Positions 25,452 through 31,456 of a stretch of 64,000 bases of DNA are shown in pieces; the first letter of the stretch is position 1, and every line of letters starts with the position of its first letter. Under the pieces are notes generated by a model. The model did not search any database. It saw nothing but the letters and a program-made list of their open reading frames with translations, and was not told where the DNA came from. This stretch comes from a virus: IMG/VR virus record IMGVR_UViG_3300047284_000378. The stretch is one strand, 5' to 3'. The translations under genes were made by a program, and so were the position numbers.

Positions 25452-25520
25452 AATGGGGCATTGGCAGTTGTTATTTTGGTTATCATAGGTTTAATTTGGA
25501 TTGACAAACATCTAAAGTGA
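25452..25520 (+). CDS. Small hydrophobic peptide (22 aa)
   Basis: RBS AAGGAG; MGALAVVILVIIGLIWIDKHLK. Confidence 0.45.
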   Translation, partial: NGALAVVILVIIGLIWIDKHLK

Positions 25521-25529
25521 AGTTACAAT
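25501..25529 (+). promoter_or_regulatory. sigma70-type promoter
   Basis: TTGACA-17-TACAAT. Confidence 0.75.
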
Positions 25530-25555
25530 ACTAAAACTGAAAAAAGGAGAATGGC

Positions 25556-25613
25556 ATGAAACGTGGTAAACGTTAGTGTCGCCCTGGTACTCCGTATGGT
25601 CCAGGGTTGGCAC
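25556..25613 (+). other. Micro-ORF MKRGKR followed by hairpin
   Basis: AAAGGAG RBS, ATGAAACGTGGTAAACGTTAG, then CCCTGG/CCAGGG stem. Confidence 0.4.
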
Positions 25614-25635
25614 AGTAAATCATCTAGTACGACGA

Positions 25636-25711
25636 CCCTGTGTAGCGTTAATGGTAGCGCACTTGACTCTTAATCAATGAGGTGTGAGTTCAAATCTCAC
25701 TGCAGGGACCA
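25636..25711 (+). tRNA. tRNA-Lys(CTT)
   Basis: Cloverleaf, CCA. Confidence 0.9.
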
Positions 25712-25714
25712 TAT

Positions 25715-25789
25715 GGGAGTATAGCTCAGCGGTAGAGCAGCGGACTTTTAATCCGTTGGTCCAGGGTTCAAATCCCTGTGCTCCTACCA
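25715..25789 (+). tRNA. tRNA-Lys(TTT)
   Basis: Cloverleaf, CCA. Confidence 0.95.
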
Positions 25790-25868
25790 TATAAAAACAC
25801 ACCGGTCTACCGCCACCGAGAGGTAGTTAAAGACAATGACAAGCAACAGCCAGTGTGTTTCTATATGG
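25787..25868 (+). ncRNA. Inverted-repeat-closed small RNA element E1
   Basis: CCATATAAAAACACAC ... GTGTGTTTCTATATGG; internal CTACC/GGTAG hairpin. Confidence 0.55.
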
Positions 25869-26766
25869 TAAAGAATTCAAGGGCAGCTTAATGTCCTGTA
25901 GGCGGTTCGCCGCTTACGAAGAATAACTCCTGTGAGGGAGCCAACAGATGTATGCCTACATAAGTCTGCCAGCGATGGTTCATTTAAGCAAGCCTGCTCA
26001 CTCCGGTGACGGAGCGTTCACTGATAAGACCGGTGGATGTAACAGCAAAGCTGATGTAGTGGAAAGAATGTTTGCTCAAGCGCCGCAAGGTAACGCAAGC
26101 AGATAGAGAGTAACAGGTGGTGCTGACCTCACTACAAAACCAATCAGTTAGTTGGTATGAGAAAGGGTAGTGTTCGGTTCCGAAGAGTCGCGTCTAAGGG
26201 GTCGAGCGCAGTTTGAGTGGTTAGTGGTAACGTAGCAATACGTTGACGCCGATCGCGAAGAACGACTGAGTAGCTCGCGAGGCAAAAGGTACGTGGTGTG
26301 TTGTATTCAGTAGAGCAAAACTTTATTGAGCAACAGAGGCAGCACATCGCAGTAGGTTCAGTTATAGCACAATTGGTAGTGCATCTCCCCTGTTAAGGAG
26401 ACGGCTGAAGGTTCAACTCCTTCTAACGTTCAAAAAAGCAAAGACTGCCTCGGTCATATGTGAAAAGCATCTAATACTTAGGGCGCAAGCCAACTAAGTC
26501 AGACGTAGCTCGCAAGGTGAAATCTGTTTATGCTGGAAGTTTCGTAAGGTGTTAGCGCACCTGAATAGCTCGCAAGGTTAACGGAATAGATAGCGTAGAA
26601 TAGCATATGACGACAAGACTACTGCCTGTCTTTAAAAACGGCGATGCTGATAGTGGACATAGGTACCGCAAGGGCTTATGTGGATGTCTAGAGAAGCTGT
26701 GCTCGCAAGGTGCAGTATAATGCTAGAGGCACTATTAGCTAACGTGTAATCTCAGCGTTAGCACCA
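25867..26766 (+). ncRNA. Large structured RNA, GOLLD-like (~900 nt)
   Basis: ORF-free, many hairpins capped by GCAA/GNRA loops, in a phage tRNA array, embedded tRNA-like domain, 3' GTAATCTCAG hairpin; size and context fit GOLLD. Confidence 0.7.
26361..26427 (+). ncRNA. tRNA-Asn-like domain embedded in large RNA
   Basis: D-arm GCAC/GTGC, TCTCC-CCTGTTAA-GGAGA (8-nt loop), GAAGG-TTCAACT-CCTTC; only a 4-bp acceptor. Confidence 0.65.
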
Positions 26767-26873
26767 TATAAAAACACATTCAAGGCAAAGTACAAGCCTA
26801 GCAGAAGGTGCAGCCACGCCCGGCAACGAGCGTCGGTGGACGGTGCTACTCCGTCGAGTGTGTTTCTATATGG
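26764..26873 (+). ncRNA. Inverted-repeat-closed small RNA element E2
   Basis: Same termini as E1; internal AGGC/GCCT and GACGG/CCGTC hairpins. Confidence 0.55.
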
Positions 26874-26946
26874 TAATGTAGCATAATGGTAGTGCAACAC
26901 CTTCATACGGTGCGCTGTGAAAGTTCGACTCTTTCCATTACCACCA
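26872..26946 (+). tRNA. tRNA(CAT), Met or Ile2
   Basis: Cloverleaf, loop TTCATAC. Confidence 0.85.
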
Positions 26947-26951
26947 TATTT

Positions 26952-27026
26952 GGGGGCAGCAGAGGGCTGCGGTGGATCCTTGCAAGATTCATGACTACAA
27001 GGGTTCGATACCCTGGGCCTCCACCA
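26952..27026 (+). tRNA. tRNA-Ala(TGC), reduced D-loop
   Basis: G3-U70; GCAG-AGGG-CTGC D-arm. Confidence 0.8.
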
Positions 27027-27032
27027 ATTTTC

Positions 27033-27106
27033 GCCCTTTTAGTTTAATGGTAGAGCACCGGTTTTGTAATCCGGGAATGGTGGTTCGATTCCATCAAGGG
27101 GCACCA
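27033..27106 (+). tRNA. tRNA-Thr(TGT)
   Basis: Cloverleaf, CCA. Confidence 0.88.
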
Positions 27107-27109
27107 AGT

Positions 27110-27328
27110 TTTGTTGTAGTGTCAGCAAGAGAAAGTCACGCTATAAAGGTTTCTTCGAAGGACTGATATAGTAGAAGGTGGCGGGTTCGATGCCCGACGG
27201 ATCGGAAGATCCGGGTACATGGTGGCGTACTATCTGGTCCGGTATCCCAAGTAACGTACCGAGTCCTGCCCGGGCTAGTTAATCCAGGTGAATGGTGCCA
27301 ATAACGATGGTGGCACATCTACAACAAA
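27110..27328 (+). ncRNA. Unassigned ~220-nt multibranched RNA
   Basis: Closing stem TTTGTTGTAG/CTACAACAAA; internal T-loop-like CGGG-TTCGATG-CCCG and several hairpins. Confidence 0.6.
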
Positions 27329-27339
27329 TTTATTTCTGA

Positions 27340-27413
27340 TCGGGTGTAGTGTAATGGTAACACCACAGACTTTGACTCTGTTATTCTAGGTTCGAGCCCT
27401 AGCACCCGTGCCA
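27340..27413 (+). tRNA. tRNA-Gln(TTG)
   Basis: Cloverleaf, unpaired 1-72. Confidence 0.92.
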
Positions 27414-27414
27414 T

Positions 27415-27488
27415 GCTCCTATAGTTAAATGGAAGAACACATCCTTGGTAAGGATGCGATACAAGTTCGATTCTTGTTAGGAGCACCA
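27415..27488 (+). tRNA. tRNA-Thr(GGT)
   Basis: Cloverleaf, CCA. Confidence 0.92.
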
Positions 27489-27493
27489 TATAT

Positions 27494-27568
27494 CGGCCTG
27501 TAGCTCAGTGGAAGAGTTCTGGTCTTCGAAACCAGCTGTCGGGAGTTCGAATCTCTCCAGGCCGGCCA
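27494..27568 (+). tRNA. tRNA-Arg(TCG)
   Basis: Cloverleaf, CCA. Confidence 0.92.
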
Positions 27569-27585
27569 TATCCTAGGAGATTGTT

Positions 27586-27792
27586 ATGAAAGCAACAATG
27601 TTTAAAAATCGTTTTAATAATGAGCATTTTGTCTGTGACGATATCCGTGTGACCGAGAATATCGACGGTGTCGAGTATCTTATCGTACATCGACCCAATG
27701 AACATCGTCCGCTTAAAATGCGTCGCGATGCATTAGAGAAGATCAATACCCCAGTAACTCAGCGGAATAAGAGTACTACGCTACGAACGTAG
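27586..27792 (+). CDS. Hypothetical protein; 3' end overlaps tRNA-Arg(ACG)
   Basis: RBS AGGAG; stop lies inside the tRNA. Confidence 0.6.
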   Translation: MKATMFKNRFNNEHFVCDDIRVTENIDGVEYLIVHRPNEHRPLKMRRDALEKINTPVTQRNKSTTLRT

Positions 27793-27825
27793 GAGTCGGA
27801 GGTTCGAGTCCTTCCTGGGGTGCCA
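27748..27825 (+). tRNA. tRNA-Arg(ACG)
   Basis: CTACG-CTACGAA-CGTAG; CCA. Confidence 0.9.
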
Positions 27826-27831
27826 AACAAT

Positions 27832-27905
27832 ATCGCGTTGGACTTCTGGGAGGTCACTAGGCTTTCAACCTAGATAGGCGGGTTCGATCCCCGTACGCGA
27901 TACCA
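27832..27905 (+). tRNA. tRNA-Glu(TTC), second copy with divergent body
   Basis: Cloverleaf, CCA. Confidence 0.88.
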
Positions 27906-27910
27906 ACAAT

Positions 27911-27983
27911 GGTGTTGTTAGTGTAATGGCTGCACGGCTGTCTGTGAAACAGTAAGGGAGGGTTCGATTCCCCACTTCACCCC
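27911..27983 (+). tRNA. tRNA-His(GTG), imperfect acceptor and T stems
   Basis: G-1:C73; anticodon arm intact; 3' side 2 nt short. Confidence 0.7.
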
Positions 27984-27988
27984 ATGTA

Positions 27989-28063
27989 TAGTTCCTTAGT
28001 TCAATGGTAGAACGATACTTTGACATGGTATAGACACAAGTTCAATTCTTGTAGGAACTACCA
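27989..28063 (+). tRNA. tRNA-Val(GAC)
   Basis: Cloverleaf, CCA. Confidence 0.9.
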
Positions 28064-28154
28064 TATGTAAACACATTAGTGAAAGAACGGTCGTAGACCT
28101 TAGGGCTTAGCCTGCGGCATTGTCCTTCGACGGTGGCTAGTGTGTTTGCATATG
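28062..28154 (+). ncRNA. Inverted-repeat-closed small RNA element E3
   Basis: CATATGTAAACACATTAG / CTAGTGTGTTTGCATATG (G-U pairs), related to E1/E2 termini. Confidence 0.55.
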
Positions 28155-28159
28155 TTAAT

Positions 28160-28235
28160 GCCGCTTTAGCTGATGTGGTCATAGCACCGGTTTGAAGCAC
28201 CGAGGAACTAGGTTCGATCCCTAGAGGCGGCACCA
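28160..28235 (+). tRNA. tRNA-Phe(GAA)
   Basis: Cloverleaf, CCA. Confidence 0.9.
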
Positions 28236-28307
28236 GAGTACTCCTTATTGTGTACTGTGCGTTTCATGATAAGGGAAGGGAGAAGGCACAGTTCTCCCGA
28301 GAGATAT

Positions 28308-28384
28308 GCGGATGTGACGGAATTGGTATACGTATTAGACTTAAAATCTAAGTACTGAGGGTTCGAGTCCCTCCATCCGTACCA
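28308..28384 (+). tRNA. tRNA-Leu(TAA), short variable region
   Basis: Leu-type D-arm, CCA. Confidence 0.9.
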
Positions 28385-28385
28385 T

Positions 28386-28462
28386 GCCCAGATGGCGGAA
28401 TTGGTATACGCACTATGTTGAGGTCGTAGGCGCTGCGGGTTCGAGTCCCGCTCTGGGTACCA
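28386..28462 (+). tRNA. tRNA-Leu(GAG), short variable region
   Basis: Leu-type D-arm, CCA. Confidence 0.9.
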
Positions 28463-28469
28463 AAAAATT

Positions 28470-28541
28470 GCCTCTGCTGATGGAGCAGTGCCAGGTCTTC
28501 TAAACCAGGTTATGGGAGTTCGAATCTCTCCAGAGGCGCCA
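28470..28541 (+). tRNA. tRNA-Arg(TCT), reduced D-arm
   Basis: 72 nt; acceptor and T arm canonical. Confidence 0.75.
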
Positions 28542-28549
28542 TATAAAGG

Positions 28550-28578
28550 TTGACAGTAACAAACAAAGGCTATATAAT
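28550..28578 (+). promoter_or_regulatory. sigma70-type promoter
   Basis: TTGACA-17-TATAAT. Confidence 0.85.
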
Positions 28579-28614
28579 ATACACTTGTTCGTTAAAAATT
28601 CAAAGTAGTTAATT

Positions 28615-28695
28615 GCCCCGGTGGTGGAATTGGTAGACACGCTGGTCTTAGAAGCCAGTCTTCGGGTACGAGTTCGAGTCTCGTCTGGGGCACCA
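28615..28695 (+). tRNA. tRNA-Leu(TAG)
   Basis: Leu-type D-arm, mini V-arm with CTTCGG. Confidence 0.92.
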
Positions 28696-28868
28696 TTAAA
28701 AAATAACATTGACAGGTATCGTCTATGGACGCATAGACTTACGAAGAATAGGGCCATCTTACTCTTCTGAAAAAACTGCGGGCAATGGCTTATGAGGAGA
28801 ATCGAACTCCACTCAGAAATTCGCTCCATCCCATAGGGTGCAATGTTATTCTTTAATGGTAAGTTTTT

Positions 28869-28947
28869 CCGGGTGTAGCTTAGTCTGGCTTAAAGCGCCT
28901 GCTTTGGGAGCAGGAGATCGTGAGTTCGAATCCCACTTCCCGGACCA
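28869..28947 (+). tRNA. tRNA-Pro(TGG)
   Basis: Cloverleaf, CCA. Confidence 0.92.
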
Positions 28948-28952
28948 ATTTT

Positions 28953-29028
28953 GCATCCTTAACTCAGTTGGTAGAGTTCCGCCTTTACACGGCGGCTGTC
29001 GGGAGTTCGAGTCTCTCAGGATGCACCA
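28953..29028 (+). tRNA. tRNA-Val(TAC)
   Basis: Canonical cloverleaf. Confidence 0.95.
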
Positions 29029-29036
29029 TATAGTAC

Positions 29037-29130
29037 GGTGAGTTGGATGAGCTGGTTTAAATCACTTTCCTGCTAAGAAAGAGTTCGATGTAAAGTCGGG
29101 CCGTGGGTTCGAATCCCACACTCACCACCA
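29037..29130 (+). tRNA. tRNA-Ser(GCT)
   Basis: Long V-arm, CCA. Confidence 0.9.
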
Positions 29131-29150
29131 ATTTTAAAAAGGAAAAATAA

Positions 29151-29330
29151 ATGCTTAAACCCGGTCCAAACTATAGAATGAGTAAACAAGGTAAAAGATT
29201 TGCTGCTCTCATCATTGATTCTCATCAGCGAGGTGAATTTCTTCGCTCGACTGTTCAGGCAGAATTAGCAGCGGCTATTCAACCCAAGCGTGAAAAACCA
29301 CGCCGTGATGTTCCACAAGGTAATCAGTAA
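29151..29330 (+). CDS. Hypothetical protein (59 aa)
   Basis: RBS AAAGGA; MLKPGPNYRMSK. Confidence 0.6.
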   Translation: MLKPGPNYRMSKQGKRFAALIIDSHQRGEFLRSTVQAELAAAIQPKREKPRRDVPQGNQ

Positions 29331-29332
29331 TC

Positions 29333-29590
29333 ATGGTTGCACGTAATGATATCACGGGCGATGCAATTCAAACCAAAAGTGCATCGGAAGCATATCGAGA
29401 TAATTACGATTTAATTTTTAGGAAAAATAATATGCAGGTAAGAGTAGCAGAAGAAGGTAAAAAGATTGGAACTTGTGGTTGTGGTCGTTCGCCCACCGGC
29501 GATTGTATCGGTTGGCACGGTCTCAGCGAAACTGTCTATCAAGAAAAACTTCAGAAGTATCTTGAAGAACAGAAGGTCGCTGATAAGTAA
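29333..29590 (+). CDS. Small protein with CDGSH-like Fe-S motif
   Basis: CGCGRSPTGDCIGWH. Confidence 0.6.
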   Translation: MVARNDITGDAIQTKSASEAYRDNYDLIFRKNNMQVRVAEEGKKIGTCGCGRSPTGDCIGWHGLSETVYQEKLQKYLEEQKVADK

Positions 29591-29596
29591 AAAGTT

Positions 29597-29672
29597 GGGG
29601 GTATAGCTCAGCTGGGAGAGCAGTAGCTTTGCAAGCTAAAGGTCGTCGGTTCGATCCCGTCTACCTCCACCA
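29597..29672 (+). tRNA. tRNA-Ala(TGC)
   Basis: Canonical, G3-U70. Confidence 0.95.
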
Positions 29673-29677
29673 AATTT

Positions 29678-29751
29678 GCTCTGTTAGTTAAATGGTATAA
29701 CAGTTGCCTTGTAAGCATCAGTCGTTGGTTCGATTCCATCACGGAGCACCA
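29678..29751 (+). tRNA. tRNA-Thr(TGT), second copy
   Basis: Cloverleaf, CCA. Confidence 0.88.
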
Positions 29752-29767
29752 GTATTACCAAAATGTC

Positions 29768-29795
29768 TTGACAAAGACGTTAATGAGTGTATAAT
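29768..29795 (+). promoter_or_regulatory. sigma70-type promoter
   Basis: TTGACA-16-TATAAT. Confidence 0.75.
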
Positions 29796-29801
29796 ATTTT
29801 T

Positions 29802-30056
29802 GTTACGGTAGAAATACTGTAACCGGTGAAGCAGAAGGTAGATGAGGATAGACGTTGTATGGCTTCATGCCGTACAGACTAATTCTGGCAAAGACGCTTG
29901 AAACGTCTCCGTGCTTGGGTGATCCGATTTTATAGACTGTCATTTGCTGATCGGAAATATTCAGGCCACTGTCGCCTGTGTATTGCACGTTGTCTAGACC
30001 GACGACTTCGAACAATAGGTCTTGTCAATTGTCCGGTCTATTACTTGACCTTTTGC
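29802..30056 (+). ncRNA. Unassigned ~255-nt structured RNA upstream of rpoZ
   Basis: 5' GAAA hairpin at predicted TSS; long-range GCAGAAGGT/ACCTTTTGC and ATAGAC/GTCTAT stems enclosing four hairpins. Confidence 0.55.
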
Positions 30057-30085
30057 CGACCCGTCAACAACATCAAGGAAGCTAC

Positions 30086-30331
30086 ATGGCTAGGATTTCA
30101 GCGGAAGAAGCGGCAGCAGCGATAGGTAACAGATTTGACTTGGTGTTAGTAGCCAGTCAACGAGCGAGAGAGATTAAGAATGGGTCTAGGCCTAGGATAG
30201 CTGATCAGAACTCTACACCCTGTGTAGCAGCTCTTAAAGAAATCGAAGAAGGCAAGTATACCTACAACGACTATTTGGTCACAGTACAACGAAAGAAAAA
30301 AGGACACAGAGATGAATATTTCCCTACGTAA
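30086..30331 (+). CDS. rpoZ: RNA polymerase omega subunit
   Basis: MARIS...IGNRFDLVLVASQRAREI...ALKEIEEG. Confidence 0.88.
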   Translation: MARISAEEAAAAIGNRFDLVLVASQRAREIKNGSRPRIADQNSTPCVAALKEIEEGKYTYNDYLVTVQRKKKGHRDEYFPT

Positions 30332-30884
30332 AGCAAACGCAATCCAAAACAACATCAATGACGCTATCCGTAGTGTCAAGATCGAATCTAGCATCGAACT
30401 CAACGAGTTTCAGGATGTGGCTGTAGAGCTGCAAAAGGCCAACGATCTGGTCATCGCCAACGATGCCCGTAGGCAGAAACTGTTGTTGGCTCTGTACAAC
30501 ATCAGAGGCCTAGTCGGCACAGCCAATGCCAGCTGCGGTATCGATCTTAGCTTGGCCAAGGCTGCGTTTATCGACAAGCGTATCGCTCAGCTCGAAGAAT
30601 TGGCATCGTTAAAGGCAGTCACATCATTAGATGTGATCAAAGGTAAACTTGAGAAAATCAAAAGCCTTAAAGACGAAGCTCGTAGCCGTATCTATGGCTA
30701 CGGTGACACCGTGAGCACCACAGTGGTCAGCCAAAGTCAGATCGATCAGGCCAAGGCAGAGATTCTAAATCTCAAGAAGCAGAAGCAAAAGCTCAACGAC
30801 GAAGTGCTTGAGCTTAACATCAAAACTGAGATTCCTCTCAGCGATGAAACAGTAGCTCTTCTACAAGCAGAAGGCCTACTGTAA
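30312..30884 (+). CDS. Coiled-coil hypothetical protein
   Basis: ORF track; helical composition. Confidence 0.7.
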   Translation: MNISLRKANAIQNNINDAIRSVKIESSIELNEFQDVAVELQKANDLVIANDARRQKLLLALYNIRGLVGTANASCGIDLSLAKAAFIDKRIAQLEELASLKAVTSLDVIKGKLEKIKSLKDEARSRIYGYGDTVSTTVVSQSQIDQAKAEILNLKKQKQKLNDEVLELNIKTEIPLSDETVALLQAEGLL

Positions 30885-30889
30885 CAGAC

Positions 30890-31090
30890 CCCGGGGTCCC
30901 TTCCTCGTTATTAAAGGGGGTAATTGGCTTCACCAGAATGCCAGGGTACAAACGGTAACGACCCCAAGGCCCTCTTTAGGGGCGACTTGAGACACCGTGG
31001 CGGCAGAAGTAGAACTGACGACAAAGATGCAAATACTAACGGACAGGGTAACAACTCAGTCTAGGGCGGAACAGGGAACCGTAGCTAGAC
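30890..31090 (+). ncRNA. Unassigned structured RNA
   Basis: GGGGTC/GACCCC, TGGC/GCCA, GCCC/GGGGC, GTCTAG/CTAGAC pairings; no ORF. Confidence 0.45.
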
Positions 31091-31201
31091 ACTTTTAATG
31101 AGTAGATTGACGAGATTTCGACACTCCGGCAAGAGTAACATTATCAAGTCGATTTGCCGATCGAGGGGGCCTATAATTTCCCTTCAGTCTACTCCTTAAA
31201 A
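31091..31201 (+). ncRNA. Long-stem-closed small RNA element E5
   Basis: CTTTTAATGAGTAGATTGA / TCAGTCTACTCCTTAAAAG with internal GCAA hairpin. Confidence 0.5.
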
Positions 31202-31212
31202 GTAAAGTCTAT

Positions 31213-31286
31213 CGCGGGATAGAGAAACGGTAACTCAAGAGTCTCATAAGCTCTAGATCCTGGTTCGATTCCAGGTCCCGCAACCA
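31213..31286 (+). tRNA. tRNA-fMet-like (CAT)
   Basis: C1-A72 mismatch; CAT anticodon. Confidence 0.88.
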
Positions 31287-31290
31287 TTCT

Positions 31291-31365
31291 CTCGCTATAG
31301 TTCAATGGACAGAACGGTTCTCTCCTAAAGAACAAATCCAGGTTCGACTCCTGGTGGCGAGGCCA
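31291..31365 (+). tRNA. tRNA-Arg(CCT)
   Basis: Cloverleaf, CCA. Confidence 0.92.
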
Positions 31366-31382
31366 GAAGTAAATAGTTTTAT

Positions 31383-31456
31383 GCGGGGTTCGTATAGTGG
31401 TAATACCTCAGCCTTCCAAGCTGATGCGGAGAGTTCGATTCTCTTACCCCGCTCCA
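31383..31456 (+). tRNA. tRNA-Gly(TCC)
   Basis: Cloverleaf, CCA. Confidence 0.92.

Noticed and set aside
25867-26766. tmRNA, RNase P RNA, rRNA fragment or group I/II intron
   Set aside because: No tmRNA Ala-type termini or tag ORF, no RNase P P4 motifs, and no rRNA or intron core motifs recognised.
25787-26873. E1/E2 as MITEs
   Set aside because: No target-site duplication; the termini share a fixed A-C mismatch and relatives use G-U pairs, which fits RNA stems; no transposase in the window.
25787-28154. HDV-like theta ribozymes after tRNA 3' ends
   Set aside because: The elements start with AT-rich stems, and I could not trace the nested double pseudoknot. A covariance search would settle it.
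28236-28300. Two short hairpins between tRNA-Phe and tRNA-Leu
   Set aside because: CCTTAT/ATAAGG and GGGAGAA/TTCTCCC are present but too short to call an RNA gene without comparative data.
24108-29041. ORF-track entries overlapping tRNAs (e.g. 24596-24916, 24648-24875, 24898-25164, 26144-26347, 28500-28829)
   Set aside because: They lie on or antisense to tRNA/ncRNA genes and lack an RBS; these are typical shadow ORFs.
29886-29915. c-di-GMP-I riboswitch look-alike (GGCAAA...GAAA...GACG)
   Set aside because: The order of elements is wrong and there is no P3/tetraloop receptor.
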